A DNA stretch of 64,000 bases, from contig NW_027266275.1 of the NCBI RefSeq assembly GCF_022045235.1, forward strand, positions 27,280,001 to 27,344,000. The letters are read 5' to 3'. The position numbers and the translations under genes were made by a program. The stretch comes from Haliotis cracherodii (lineage: Eukaryota). Shown one piece after another: positions 26,546-40,654 of this stretch (positions within the stretch are counted from its first letter, which is position 1; each line of letters begins with the position of its first letter). The notes under the pieces are model-generated. The model searched no databases. It was not told where the DNA came from and was given only the letters and a program-made list of their open reading frames with translations.

Positions 26546-26881
26546 ATGACACTGTAGCTCACCTATAGGCAATATAAGGCATACAGTCAACAGCATTTGA
26601 GAGATTGGAAGGGCATAGTGAAGTTCGAATGTAAAAAAAAGTCCAATAGTGAAATTATGGCACAACCTTTAGAAGCATATGTAGTTACATTAAACATTTA
26701 CAAGATATTAAATTTAGATTCACTTTACAAAACCAATCTCTGGCTAAAGGTCATAAACAGGGTTCTCAAAATGTCTGTGTTGGCGAACATATTGAAAATC
26801 GAATTTCAAACAACTGAAGGCGCCCAAACAGGCAACGACATGAGCTCACTTTACCTTCGGTGAGGTGAGCTACAGTATCAC
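26546..26881. mobile_element. Possible MITE
   Basis: ~18-bp TIR TGA[CT]ACTGTAGCTCACCT, with GTGCC on both flanks. Confidence 0.45.
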
Positions 26882-29800
26882 GTGCCAGGCAATTTTTGTG
26901 CCCGATGACGACAAGAAACAAGATTTCTTTAATACGGCCATTTTATTACAAGTGATAATGATGTAATAAGGTCTTCTCAGAGTTCATAAACGTAAAGCAC
27001 CCACATTGAAATCACAGAGTAGTAAACACGCATGCAGCTGCTGAGAGAACGTTTGTATAACTACCACTATTATCTGCCATTATTTCGTGCCACGTGTTCG
27101 CCTTAGTGAGTCTTACTTCCTGAAATACACTTTACCTAAAACAATACTAATTCACTCTGAAGTGAGTTAAGATTTCGGCCCAGCTTGAAACCAAGTGACC
27201 TTGAGGTATCATGGCCACATTGCATGTAATGGTCCATATATGTCTAATTACCAGAATCTACGACCATTAGAATGTGCCTTTTCATTGATGAACTTCATTT
27301 TTAACAACGCAAAACTGACTGTTAAATTAATCAAACCCTCTTTTTCGTCAAGTTCTGATAATTTGGTACACCTTATATTGACGATGTAAACAGTTTTGTG
27401 TGGCTATCCATAGGAATGTAACCGACTCAATGTGTTCATCTGACTAGCCAATTTACTGATGTCTTGAGTTACATTTATTTAAAACAGTGTTAGAGAAAGT
27501 TTAAGTAGTGACACAAACGTTTCCCAGCAGCTTACTAAAATGTCAACAACTTAGGTCTTAAAATGAGTTTATACTTTTTTTTATTTTGTATATCAAAGTT
27601 ACAATTTAATCTGGCCATACTTTTCCAGAAAATATAACAACTATCTGAAAATTTTGGGGGGTAAAATTCACTGTTAATACATAGTTTGAGCCAATCAAAA
27701 TGACAAAGTGTTGCCAAAGTTACAGTATATAATATACACATCAATAACTCAGTACACATGGAGTCAGTAGATCAGTTCCACGGGACCAAAAGTTACTTAA
27801 CAAATATATTTTTAAAATAGCACGCATTTATAAGGTGTAAGTAAATAGGAACAATTACAAACGCTTCTATCATATGTTGTAAAAGTGGGAAAACTGTCTT
27901 TGGTCTAGTCGCCGGAATTCTCGCTTCACCTATCAGTGTACATGATCAGCTTACAGAGATAAGCTCCATACTATAACCTCCCAACACACTGACGTCTCGT
28001 CTACGGCGTGGCTTCCGAAGAAGTGAATATCACCACCTCTTCGTATTATATGACCAAATAAAGGGTAGAGAATTATAAAGATAATAAATCCTAAGAATGA
28101 AAATAGGATTCTCGTATTCTTGAAACATTTGAGAAATAATCTTTAAATTCACTTTCAACGAATGTTAAACATTTAGATATTTTCAACGAATCAATCCGCT
28201 TTAATATCATGTACATTATTCTGTATAGTTTCTAGCAAAAATCAGAGAGGCGAAAGAGGTAATGATTTTGCTTCTTGGGTGTCAACCGCCACTCGCTATA
28301 AAGATACCATGAAATAACGTTCAAGACATACGACATGTAACACGTGACATGACGGATCCATCTGGGACTTACAGGATGCGCAGACAAAGGTGAACTATTT
28401 AATATGATATACCCGTGTATACCCGTGTATACCCGTGTAAAACAAGTCAACCCGTACCCCTGGAATAATAGCGTGATCAGCATTCCTGGAAATTCACGTA
28501 CAAAAGGTCATAGTCATTTTGAACTTGACATGTTTGTTTTTTATAAACGTTGTTATAAACATATTGAACGGCCCGTATAAACATATTGAAATATGTTTAC
28601 AAACAGATATGTGATGCATACAATCTCCATAAACGTAAAAACAAGGATTATCTCCCCTGTCACTACAACAACTTGAAGCACAAACCTAAAATGATCAAAG
28701 GGTAATTCACCGAAAACATTTCTGACCCATTACGTATATTTAAAAGGTGTTGAGCAGGATTTTATTTTTGATACTAAAGCGTGTTCCCTTACGAGACCCC
28801 AGTATACAATAACAATGTTTATAGAGATTGTAAGGGTAAATTTTGACAGTTCCCAATACAAAAGAAATATATATATATATTAAAGTTTTACGGGGGTGTA
28901 TTCTAAATGTATATTTGAAGGCATTTATTAGAATATATTATTTCATAACATCATATTTTAAACATGTCAACTCTATTTCTCTATCCTGCATCCTGCTCGT
29001 CCATCGGGGAACGTACCATGCACGGTTGGCGTGGGGAGGTCACGACCTAGGAAACAGTCTTATAGTGTATGGTGTATGGAGTGAGTGAGTGAGTGAATAT
29101 GGTTTTACGTCGCTTTTAGCAATATTCCAGTACTTCACACATTGTACCCATGCCGGGAATCGAACCCGGGTCTTCGGCGTGACGATTTGGTGTATGGATG
29201 TTTTACCAATAGATTAGCCAGGTCAGGTGAAAGAAAGGTGGCTAAATCGATGTTTGTGAATATATATGTCCTGGCTTGACATTGCGTGGCCCGGCACGCT
29301 GTTTACGATCGATGCAATGCCATGAACATCAATACTTCACTTCTTGTACTTTAATTGGATTGGTACAATGGCGAGAGAAGTTCCTATGATTTTGATAAAT
29401 TAATATTTAATTTTTCTTGTTTCTTGATATCACATTTGCGCTAGTGTAATTTCAATTTTCTTATCAATAAAAAACAAAAAGGTCTGGAAATAAATAATTA
29501 GTTTAGAGTTACATTTATATTTTGACCGTTTGTTTTTCTATCCGGCCAGCTGACCCGTAATCCGAAAATGAAAACGAGTTTCCTTCAGTTAGTGTACTAT
29601 TGCAACACTGCACGGACAGAGAGGTCGGGGCGAATAGACCTAGAGACAGCTTTTGTTTTTAAGAAACCATAATTTATCAAACACCTCCGTATTACGTCAG
29701 TCACTTCACAATAGGTTGTTTTCTATCACCAGTCACAATTAATATTTAAAAAGCAATACACTTATCATTTATAGTTATATTAAACAACATAATTATTTCG

Positions 29801-31978
29801 GTGGCTCAAACTCATATCTTTGACATATCTGTCTTCGATTGTTGCTCTTGAATATTGCAAATCTCACTGAATATGCACAGTTCATTCTATGTTATCTGAA
29901 GGACCTTTACGTGTCATGTTTAAAACTACACATGACTCCGAGGTGGGGTAAATATACATAGCAAAACCAACGTAATGGAAATATCAATACGGAGGTGGTT
30001 TTATGTATTATGTTGCAGACCCGCACAGGTAATGCGTATACTATTTTTTCACATACAAACGTCTCATATACAAATGAATAATTTATATTCTTTTCCGCCT
30101 TTAAAAATGTATTGCAAATGACTTCATCAAAATTGACACAGCTAACAAACATGTTTTAGATTTATACAAATCGATCTCTATATATATATATACATATACA
30201 TTCTATATAAAGTGAGGTCACCTGATCTTGTTTATTTTTCATTTTACTGTTATACCAAACATTGCATGATGGGGGATGAAAGCAACACACGAATGAATAA
30301 TACTTGTTATTCGTCCTTACAGGCTTATAACATAAGACATTATTGTTTTAACAAATAATACATATAATAAAGTTGACTCTTATTCAATATGAAATAACCA
30401 TGGCACGACAGATTAACTATAATAATATGAAAGATTCGAGTGTTTTTTTACTTTATTTACAGTTTCCCTCGACCGATGTTAATATATAATTTACTTGTAA
30501 TTACTGTTAATCTCAAAAACATATTGTCCAGTCATGGAGGGAGGTTTCGATTCCGAAAGACAAATTATCAATCTAGTATGGTTTAACCTTTATTATAAAC
30601 CTCACAAACGTAGTTAAGAAATAATTGCTACAGTTAATTACTTTATTTTCATCTATATGAATATGTTAATATTCACCATCTACATGATATTTACTTATAA
30701 GATTACACCTAATTAATTTGCAACACTGAGCTAAATTAAAATGCTTAGCATACTTCCATGGACTATACACCTGCCCCATCATGCATTGTTGTTTTTTGGT
30801 ACATTCTGTTGATATTTATGGAGAGGGCTTTTTATTTAATAATTTGTTCTGTTTTTCATAAATATGAAACAAAATGTAATAAACATTTACACATTAATTG
30901 TGAAATGGGTTCTGAAATGCTAAAACCTTTCGCAATTTGAATATCATATTCAGCAAGCGTTAAACCAGGAATATATATCGTGATCTCTCCCCTCATGTAT
31001 GTGTAAATATACTACCAACAAAATGTTAAGTTCCACCCGATGCTTTCCTGGTACTGTAGTTAACTGTCATGGTATGGCAGATTAACTATAGTGATAGGAA
31101 AGGAACGGGTGGTCCCCAACTCCTTTTTGGTAACTTTTTTGGTAGTATAGAACACTTTTCAATAAACATTCTCTCTATATATATTGTCTTTAAACAATGA
31201 ACAAGAAACCAACGATGTCCCATATACATCATATAATAGTAAACTCCCAATACACCCGTCACACAGTACAAACACGGTGTTTGTGATGAGTTAGGTAGGC
31301 GCTATACTACAGGCGAGAAGCACCATACAGTACCGACACGCTCAGTGGGACGACTCACAGAGTTACCATACGTAGCATGGAACAAAAAGGATTCAACGCG
31401 CAGATGGGTCAGTCAGGCTTGCACTGGCAGCCGTACTTCTAGTTTCGTATTGATATGTCGAGTGGTTACGGAGTATCACGATGTATCGGTGAATCGGCCC
31501 ATCCGGAATTGACAGTACATAATTACTCATGCATTAAAACGCGCATACACACATGTAAGAATTTGCTATATATGATACATGTTGAGTGTTACCCATGGCT
31601 CATTGTCATTGACAGAAGCTGGATGACCACGAAGCTGCTGGACTTGACGACATCGGACTGATCCAGCGTCACGCCCATTGCGCATCACACACACCAGACA
31701 GGTCCTGTGGACATTAAACCAAAACGTGTCGGAAATACATTTAATACATGCATGACTCATCATATGACCTGCAGAACCGGATACCGAATTTTAACAAAAC
31801 TCACTGACTTGGTTGATGCTACTTCTTATCTCATTGCGATCTAGTGTGTGTTGTTTTACGCCGCAGTCAGTACAATACCAACTATATTACATGCGCTGAA
31901 AACAGTGCATGATTTAGTTGCCGAAGTGCACTGGCCAGGAGGACTTGTTAACAAAAGATGTTGCGAGCCCTCATCATA

Positions 31979-31990
31979 GTGTGTGTGTGT

Positions 31991-32021
<31 letters not shown>

Positions 32022-32082
32022 GGGGGGGGAAGAGAAAGGAAAGGGGGAGGAAAGGGGGGGGAGGGGGGGGGGCGGGGGGGGG
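31979..32082 (+). repeat. (GT)n microsatellite followed by a poly-G/purine tract
   Basis: About (GT)13, then ~25 G and further G-runs. Confidence 0.9.
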
Positions 32083-32764
32083 AGAGACCATAACGCGAAA
32101 CTGCTTGGTTGCTTGGTACTATACGTTTCTCTGACGTTTGTGGTGGATCTGTCGCTTTCACACGCACGGCTAATAACGCATACATGTACAAACCCGTTTA
32201 GTTCCGGGTCAAAATAGGTCTTCAGCAAACCATGCGTGCCGTAACCATGCGTGCCCGTAAAGGCAATTATGCTTATCAAAAGAGGTGACTAACGGCTGTC
32301 ATATAGCTGGAATATTGCTGAGTGCGGCGTTAAACAACAAACAAACAACAACAAAAAAACGTCAGTCATGATAATCAGGGTACATCAAAATCCAATTTTA
32401 CTACTTTATGTGGTTTATGGATAAACAACGAAATAAAAACAAAACGACAACAGACTGTGGCATTAAATGACGCCTTTACTGACTTGATGAGTCGTAAAAA
32501 TACATATGTATGGACAAGAATTTTCAACTGGACAGTCGGGCCAACGGCACGGAAATGTTACTAGCCCTATTTAAAAGTCACTAGCATTTGGCTACCGGGC
32601 AAGCATCTTTTTGAAAACAGGCTGAAAATGATCCAGCCTGGGCCCGGCAGATAACTGGTTGACAGCGTGATCAACAGTCCACGTGACATGGTGACACAGT
32701 ATCTGATAGGTCGGACATTGTAACCATCCGCTTCCCAACATGCATGGGATGCTTGGGACATACT

Positions 32765-35700
32765 CTACTCCGGAATCCCCGCGGAGGTTGTTCTCATATA
32801 TCCTTCAGTTGTTTCAAATGCATTCACTGGTGAATGATAGGGAATTTACAAGCATTGTAACAGAAAACCCCTTTAACTCGATATAATAATGGCTAGAATG
32901 TGTTTTTACTAATAAAAACATATGTCTCCCCCTTCTTTCTTGAGACATTACTTCAAGTTGTTGTGTTTGCAAATCCGAAAAACAATAATATGCAAATTAT
33001 AGCCTGGAAATATAACGGTTTCATGCAGAAATATTCATCGCAAACATAGAAACAACGCTACTTATTTGAGACTTAGTCCAAATTGTTCCCCTGGAAACAC
33101 AACAAATTAGAAAAAATAAAATTGAAAAATATGAAAGGCAATACTTGAGCATGTAAGCCAAGCCAAGAGTTGTTTGAGATTAAGTCCAAATTGTTTCCAT
33201 GGAAACGTAACAAAACAAAATTAAGAAAACTTTCAAAATATCCAAAGTCACCAGTGAAAAGGATGAGCAATGCATAACCCAAGTTTCGTTGAAACATGTT
33301 GGGCAGTTCAAGATATGGCACGGACACGAACGTACTAATCTATACGCTTGTTTAAAACAATACTGACCGTGGTGTTCAGTGTTGGTTTCCTGGACGCCCA
33401 CGAGTGGCACATCCTCTTCGTCCAAGTCTTCCTTCTCGCGGGGGTTACGGGAAGGTTGACATGCTGGGACGAACAGCCACATGAAGCCCACAACACTCAC
33501 AACACACAACATACAGCCCAGGGCGATGACGATGATGGCTGTCGTGCTCAGTGGTGGGGTGACTGGAAGCAACATACCAGCGTTGTGTGTACATGTATAT
33601 TATCATGTAGGCTCATTTAAAATGGGTTGTTTTCCACTGATATAAATATATACACAACGAAAAGGTAAACACCGCTTTACTATGTATTTTCCATATAAAA
33701 TAGTCAATTTGAAAATCTTATCGTTTTGAAATTCTTTACAAAACACATATTTATTTATTTTTTAAATGTGTCATGCACAATTGGTTTTTTTTACAGAACT
33801 CAAACATATTTTGCCACTGTTGTTTGTTTGTTTGGTGTTTGATGTTTAACGCCGCACTCAGCAATATTTTAGCTATATGACGGCGGTTTGAAAATAGTCG
33901 AGTCCGGATCAGACAATCTAGTGGTTGACATCATGTACGTCGATCTACGCACTTGGGATACGATGACATGCATCAACCAAGTCAGCGAGCCTGACCACCC
34001 GAACCTTAGATGATTATGTTATCTTTTCTCATCATCCGACAAGAGTTGGGGAAGTGTTCCAACTAGATGATGTGTATTCACTATAACTGACATGTTACCT
34101 TCCATCCCTGGGCTGGTTGTTGTCGTGGTCGGTGCTGACGTGGTTGTCTGGCAGTATGCTGAGCAGGGCTGGGGTATCGCTTCGTACCCTACCCAGGGGC
34201 ACAGTTGAACACAGCTATCGCACCGGGACAGCGCCGTGTCGAAGTATAGCCCATACTGACACTGCTCAGTGGGGACTGCAAGTCAAAGATCAAGCGTCAC
34301 GCCGCAATACAACTGACTTTCTGTTCCTACTACTAATAGTCTCCTTATATAGTTTACGGTGTGGAATTTATAAGGCCTATTTTAAACATAAATGCAAATT
34401 TACATTCACCAAAGTTCTGAGAGTAATTTAAACTCTTTGTAGGGAATATAATTTACTGGGTAGAAGAAGCATACATCAAACAAGAGAATGCTTTATTTGG
34501 ATAAAGTTATCTGGATAAATTTCAAATTTAATCAGATTTTAATGTCTCTCGTTTGAGTGAAAGATCCAACGTCCCCAAAAAACATTTTATGGCCTAAATA
34601 GTTATCATATCTATGACCATATGCATGTGATGTGGGTGAATATTGTCTAATGCCGTTGACAGCAATGCTCCATCTATGTCGTGTCGGACTGTAAATCATC
34701 ACGTATGGACATGGCAAAACAGTGATTAAAAGCAGATAGATAATCACATTCGTCAGTAAGGTCACAAACATCGAACTCCGGGGACCAGTGCTACCCCGGA
34801 ATCCCCACATGGACTTAACATCAGATACCGGCGTACGTTTACATGTTATAAACACACATATTCATTAATGGGTCTTAACAAAATTTGTACCCCTTTTGGT
34901 CCTGTTGAATAAACAAAATTATAACTTAAAAATTCCAACTTTTAGTGATTTAACAAGAAACATCTAAACTTAACAAGTAGTTGGGTAAATTATGACAATA
35001 CAAAGAAACATAATTTTTGTCATATTTTAAATACACCGGAGAAACAGTAGAAATTTATTGTCCTTGGTGTAACCATTATACTTACCGATTATTTGCAGAA
35101 ATAAAAAATATATACAATATTTCTTTCACCGTATTATTGTTACACTAATATTTTACCTCTGCCTAGAAAAGAAAAAAAATCTAACTTTTAATATCACCAC
35201 GTTTTAAAACCTGGATCATCACTCTTTGTGGGAAATGAAGAGAAATATTTATCATTTTCTTTTCTCTGTGTACCCACACATTGCCAAAATGATCGATATA
35301 ATTTCAATATTCTTTATTTATTGAAAATGTTCTTTGTAAATCATGGTATGCAATGTGCCTTAACCTGAATCATTGTCATGTACCCATGTCGGAATCGAAC
35401 TCGGGTCTTCAGCGTGACGAGCGAAAGCTTTAACCACCAGGCTCTCCGACCGCCCCGTTACACCAAAGACAAAACCATTACTCATAACGACTTTTCTTTC
35501 ACATCACAATAGTTTATCAGAAGGAAATGATGCACAATATTTGGTGTTGCATATTTGCAATGGCAATTGACTTTTTTGTTTCACAAAGTTTTCGTTGAAG
35601 TTAATACTGCTGATTTGAGGTAACACCAAGGACATATTAAGTAACACCAAAGACAATTAGTGATTATAAAGGGACCTAAGTGAGGGTGTTTTCATAAATT

Positions 35701-37329
35701 TAAGTGTTAATTATGAGTTAAGAGTTGTAATGACAAAGGCACAAGACATGTTTTACCCTTTAACACTAACTTCAAAATTATTACTTGCTGACTTGTGGTA
35801 ACACCAAGGACATATTTAGTAACACCAAAGACACTTAGCTTCATCTAACTAAAGTCAGAATGTTTTAATAAAACACAAATATAAGTGTTAATATGATTAA
35901 AGAGTTTTAATTTCAATGTCACAAGACATTGCCCATTCTATGTTAATAATTGCTGACTTGTGGTAACACCAAGGACATTTAGCTCCATCTAACCAGATGT
36001 CAGAGTGTTTTAATAACAATACAAATTTAAGAGTTAATAGGATTAAAGAGTTTTAATTTCAATGTCACAAGACGTTGCCCATTCTATGTTAATAATTGCT
36101 GACTTGTGGTAACACCAAGGACATTTGACATTACATCATTATTAAGTAATACCAAAGACATTTTGTCATGATTTAGGTAACATCAAGGACAGTAACACCT
36201 TTTATCATGAAATAAAAATACAATTGACTGCTCACTGTACAGTAGCCGACAACATTCATTACCAGTGCATTTAACTCTTCTATTATGCATGTAAGGATGT
36301 TTTGAAAATGAAATAGTTTTCTTTGTAACACGGTTACACCAAAGACATGGGCATTACATATAGTGATGCTTGGTGTTGCCTTTTGTTCCAGTTTAAATAA
36401 CGTTTACTTCTGTTGACTCAAAAGAAATTCTCCGTGAAAGAGAGAAATTGATGTGATACTGGAACATTCATTTACCTTCTGTCTACATAAAGATGGATAA
36501 CTCTTACACCTAACTAAACAAATGGTAACACCAAGGACAGAAACATTTTGGACAGGCAGGCTTTGCTTATTTTTCATTATTTAAAGACAGAAACATAGAG
36601 GAAACTGATGTTTATTTTAAAGATTCTAATCACATTAGTAAAATAACGACATAATAACTCGTGTATATGACACAAAATATGAAATATGTTCACTGAAAAA
36701 TGCGTTCGGTGTCTATTGACAGTGGTATTTCAATAATTCAGACTATATACCACTCCACCACAAGTAAATAAAGCATAAATAATATTTTATTTTGGTTCCA
36801 CATTGAAGGGATATTAGGGATGGAAGTTAAGGGCTATCTCAAACTTTATTTAAGATAGAGATTACTGCCATAAAAAGGGTACATAATTTGATAATGACCC
36901 TCATATAAAATGCAGAACAATAGTATGGAATGGAAAATAAGAAAAAACTTGTTTATTTTGTCTTCTTACTTCTCAAATGACCCGATAGACCACAGGCCTT
37001 AGCGTCTTGTGTTCGGGGCCAAAGAGAAACTAGGGAATTCCATAATACTGCATTAGATTTAACTGCGCAGTTCGTGTTTTTCATTTAATCAATATATTTT
37101 AATGTATGGATCTGTAATATGATCACCATATCCCGAGTTTGACATGTTTTCATTTACCTATCCAATCTTTACATTTAAGATAATCTAGTTCTACGTCAAG
37201 ATCACGAGGATTGAATGACTTTACGTGTAAGACAAGAAAAGAGCTCTTACCGCCTTCGACATTGACAAGCGTTGTGAAAAACACAGAAGTTACGTAAAGA
37301 TAAACAATATTCCACTCTAAATTCGTCAT
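32765..37329 (-). CDS. TNFR-like gene C: BCMA/Grindelwald-type single-CRD type I membrane receptor, 170 aa, 4 coding exons
   Basis: Exon 37329-37251 encodes MTNLEWNIVYLYVTSVFFTTLVNVEG (signal peptide; donor GTAAGA). Exon 34275-34099 encodes VPTEQCQYGLYFDTALSRCDSCVQLCPWVGYEAIPQPCSAYCQTTTSAPTTTTTSPGME (CRD plus Thr-rich stalk; donor GTAACA). Exon 33562-33368 encodes TM AIIVIALGCMLCVVSVVGFMWLFV and tail ...PREKEDLDEEDVPLVGVQETNTEHH (donor GTCAGT). Exon 32826-32765 encodes VNAFETTEGYMRTTSAGIPE*. All junctions are GT-AG, phase 1 and in frame. Confidence 0.85.
33825..34005 (-). mobile_element. SINE S1 (truncated) in intron 2 of gene C
   Basis: Matches the 3' part of the S1 consensus. Confidence 0.75.
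34868..36902. mobile_element. ~2-kb non-autonomous DNA transposon (possibly Sola-like) in intron 1 of gene C
   Basis: Imperfect ~30-bp TIRs (GGGTCTTAACAAAATTTGTACCCCTTTT and AAAAAGGGTACATAATTTGATAATGACCC), and more than 10 internal GTAACACCAA[GA]GACA motifs. Confidence 0.55.
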
Positions 37330-37412
37330 GATAATATGAGTCTTGCTGGCACAGGCAGAACACGTCCACGCATGTGATACCCCGTGTATTCCCTAGATTA
37401 TGTCGTCATGTC

Positions 37413-37420
37413 TATTTATA
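37413..37420 (-). promoter_or_regulatory. TATA box of TNFR-like gene C
   Basis: TATAAATA on the minus strand about 85 bp upstream of the ATG at 37329. Confidence 0.5.
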
Positions 37421-38192
37421 TCTTTTGTATACACACGCAATGATATGTCAATGTTCTATTTATGGGTTAAGCGTCAGTGCCCCTATATAACTGTTACTTT
37501 CACCAAAAACCGCCGCCGCCACCACCACCACGGCACACGAGAGAAACGGACGCTACATCTAGACCTGTGGTAAGCAGAATACATTGTGTTATTTGTTAAT
37601 TTTTGTTTATTTTTGACTAAATAAAATAAATATTAGAAGAAAATTAATGTTCTTATTAATTTTTTATATTATCAACATATTTTACCCTAGGCAATATAGT
37701 CAAGATAAGTAATACCAAAACGTTTCCTTTTTAACAAAGACAAAACAATTAAATTGTGCTCAATAATAGTTTCGAATATTATTTTAACTTTTAAGAAACA
37801 AGAACTAAAAGATATATCAATCAATGTCGCATTGTATACATCAGGAAAGACAAATAACAACTTATTCAAGGCTCAATTTGGTACTATGAGGGTACAACAG
37901 CATCGTTATTTCGGATGGCACCATATATCCATTTGAAAATCTGCCAGATCAATGAATCTTTTTTTCCATTTCTTCCATTTTATTGAACAGATTAACGAAT
38001 CTTATAGAACACAAGAATATTGGCGTTCACCCTGGGTTTGTCAACATCCGTGCTGCTTGTTTAACCAGATTGCACAACGTCCGCGTCACTTTCAGTTTTT
38101 TTCGATTATAAACACGCCGTGACATGAACACGTGTTCAAAGTCGCTGGTATGAATCACGGAACAATGCCTTGTCTGCACGCAGCGCAGCCAC

Positions 38193-38299
38193 GGCCCCGT
38201 TTCACAAAGCAGCCTTAGCGCTAAGGCTTTCGTAACTCCCATACTTTTGCACAGACATACGATAATCGTAGCGCTAAGATCGCTTTGTGCAACGGGGCC
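38193..38299. mobile_element. Small Harbinger-like MITE
   Basis: GGCCCCGTTTCACAAAGC...GCTTTGTGCAACGGGGCC terminal inverted repeats. Confidence 0.6.
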
Positions 38300-38609
38300 C
38301 AGGTCGACTTTGTTGCTATTTTTGGTATCCGGGCACAACATGGTATGAAACCTGTGTGGGTTGTTCTGGTGTTGCTGTACATGTAAAGTGAAACCTCATT
38401 CGTCCGATAACCCCGACTTCCGGGTGATTACTGTTAGGAACGTCTAGATAAAAACAACGGGACATTACCCCGAACCTCTTATTCGTTTAATCCTTACGAC
38501 TTCACTTGGAACAACTATGTCCGCCTTAAGAGGGCAGTGCTGTTCTTTCGAGAAGCTGATTTGGAAACCTCCATTCGCTTTAGATTAATTAATCATCCAA
38601 CCCAACTTA

Positions 38610-38828
38610 CGGAAGCCTTTTAGGGCCATTTGTTTCTACTAAGATACTATGTTGAAATTTCAAGATACAGAAGCTGAAATTTCAAGATAGTATCTTGAAA
38701 ATTCAACTTCGTATCTTAGTAAAAACAAATGGACCTAAAAGGCCAAAACATTTCAACTTAGTATCTTGAAATCTCAAGATAGTATCGAATTTTATTTTTT
38801 TTAAACAAATGGCACTAAAAGGCTTCCG
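38610..38828. mobile_element. TA-flanked palindromic MITE
   Basis: TA|CGGAAGCCTTTTAGGGCCATTTGTTT...AAACAAATGGCACTAAAAGGCTTCCG|TA, with internal AAGATAC/GTATCTT repeats. Confidence 0.75.
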
Positions 38829-40654
38829 TACACTACATGTATCATGACCTTTTTTCCCTAATGGCTTTGATGCTAATCACGCCTTTGTTTATGGGTTTTA
38901 GTTAACATAAGTAATATGAACATGATTATATAGTCTGGCCCCCTTCATCAACATAACTTGGTTTCGGAAATGAAGTCTCTATCCCCATCACCACATCACA
39001 GAATGTCTCTCGTTCATTAAACGGGTTCCATTGTTGGTACGCGACGCAAGCTTAGCGTTTTTAGCCAACAGAGGACGGTAAAACAATAGTAAAAATCTGT
39101 ACCATATCCTCTTATAGCTGTGCATGCGTAACATCCATAGCGTTGTTCCAAATGCAAATATTCATGGAGACATGCGTTCACCTCTAAAGTTAGTTTTGGC
39201 CGACAATAATTACAACAAACTGCTCTGCTAGTGTTAATTTTGTTGCGAGCACTTTTACTTCACAAACAAACTTAACGTAATCCTCTATTTATTTCATTCG
39301 ATACCGAGGACCAATGAATGCTATGTTTAGTGTCGTCCAATCGAAGCCTATGACAAATCGGCCTCCGCCTGTCTAGACAGGCGACCAGTCAACTTGCTCA
39401 GGCGCAGGAACACTATCAAATGGCTCTTCTAAACGCTTAAGTAATGCCGATGCGACGTTAAATTTAACTCACTCACTCATTCAAAACGATATTTAGGCAC
39501 GGATCAAATTAGAAACCGCGGCCTCGTACACGCGTGCTCAAGATACGTTTAGTCGAATGAATGTTATAGATTAAAATTTAAAAAGATCTTTCCTTGGTAC
39601 ATGAATTATAAGTATTAGAAGTCTGTATGCTACCAGGCGTTACACGTTGGGTCTAAGAGGGCACACAAGTCTTGTACTGGTGATACGGCCGCTTGTGTCA
39701 ATCGTAAAGATGCTGGAAATTTGGCTGGAGATTTTTATTTTTTTTATTGAGCCTGAATAAGGAAAACACTTGCAGCAATGTCATTTTTGTGGCAATTTCT
39801 TTTTTTTTCCATAGCGTAAAGCATAATTATTTTTTTCAAGAATATCGGACTATTTTTAATATTGTGTCATTCGAACCTGACTCAAAACGAAGCCATGGTG
39901 AATGGGTCTGGAATATAGTGTAAAAGAGTTAACTAATGGAGGTATGATCCACGACACTACTCATTTGCTGCCTTGTGATTCTTGGTCTCGGTAAATAACA
40001 ACAAACGGGACATTGTTTGATAGAAAATTTATTTGCACACTTAAAAACAATGTAACCAATACAATATTAAGTAGCAAAGGTAACAACAGTCATAATATAA
40101 TTAGCCACGAATGAACTCAACTAGTTGTACCAAATCATGTATTGCCAGCAACCACGAATGTGGAATATATGCATTTAATTTAATCATTAAAAAAAACATT
40201 CCAGATGAACACATATAGGCAAACCCAACTAGCCATATTCCACAATGAAATCAGCATAAGGCCGGTCCACATGCAGCCCAAAATTCGCATCCGTGTTTAT
40301 AGATCCCAAATAGATCTATTGTCACTGGTCTTGGTGTCTGTATGTTTGTTTATAGTAACGATGGTGTACATAAAACAAACAAGAATACTATATGTATGAC
40401 AAGCGTTATTTTTAAATGACACCTACAAGGGCGGTGGCGACAGACAAGCGGTACAAACGTTGTCCGGGTTCAATTTCCCACATGGGTACAATATCTGAAG
40501 CTTATTTCTGGCCGCACCCCCATCCCCTACATGAACAATAAGTAGAAAAATGAGCCATTGCTCTTAAAATGTGATCGTCAACCAAGTCGTTGTAGACGTC
40601 CATCTGGGAGTCGGGAAGGCGTCACTGCTGTCCCCGCCTCCATCTGGGACTTGC

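Noticed and set aside
31297-31705. Possible fourth receptor paralogue downstream of gene C
   Set aside because: The exon-like segments contain in-frame stops and lack the Y[YF]D/six-Cys pattern and a TM.
31856-32279. Poly-Pro and poly-Gly ORFs
   Set aside because: Produced by the (GT)n and poly-G tract.
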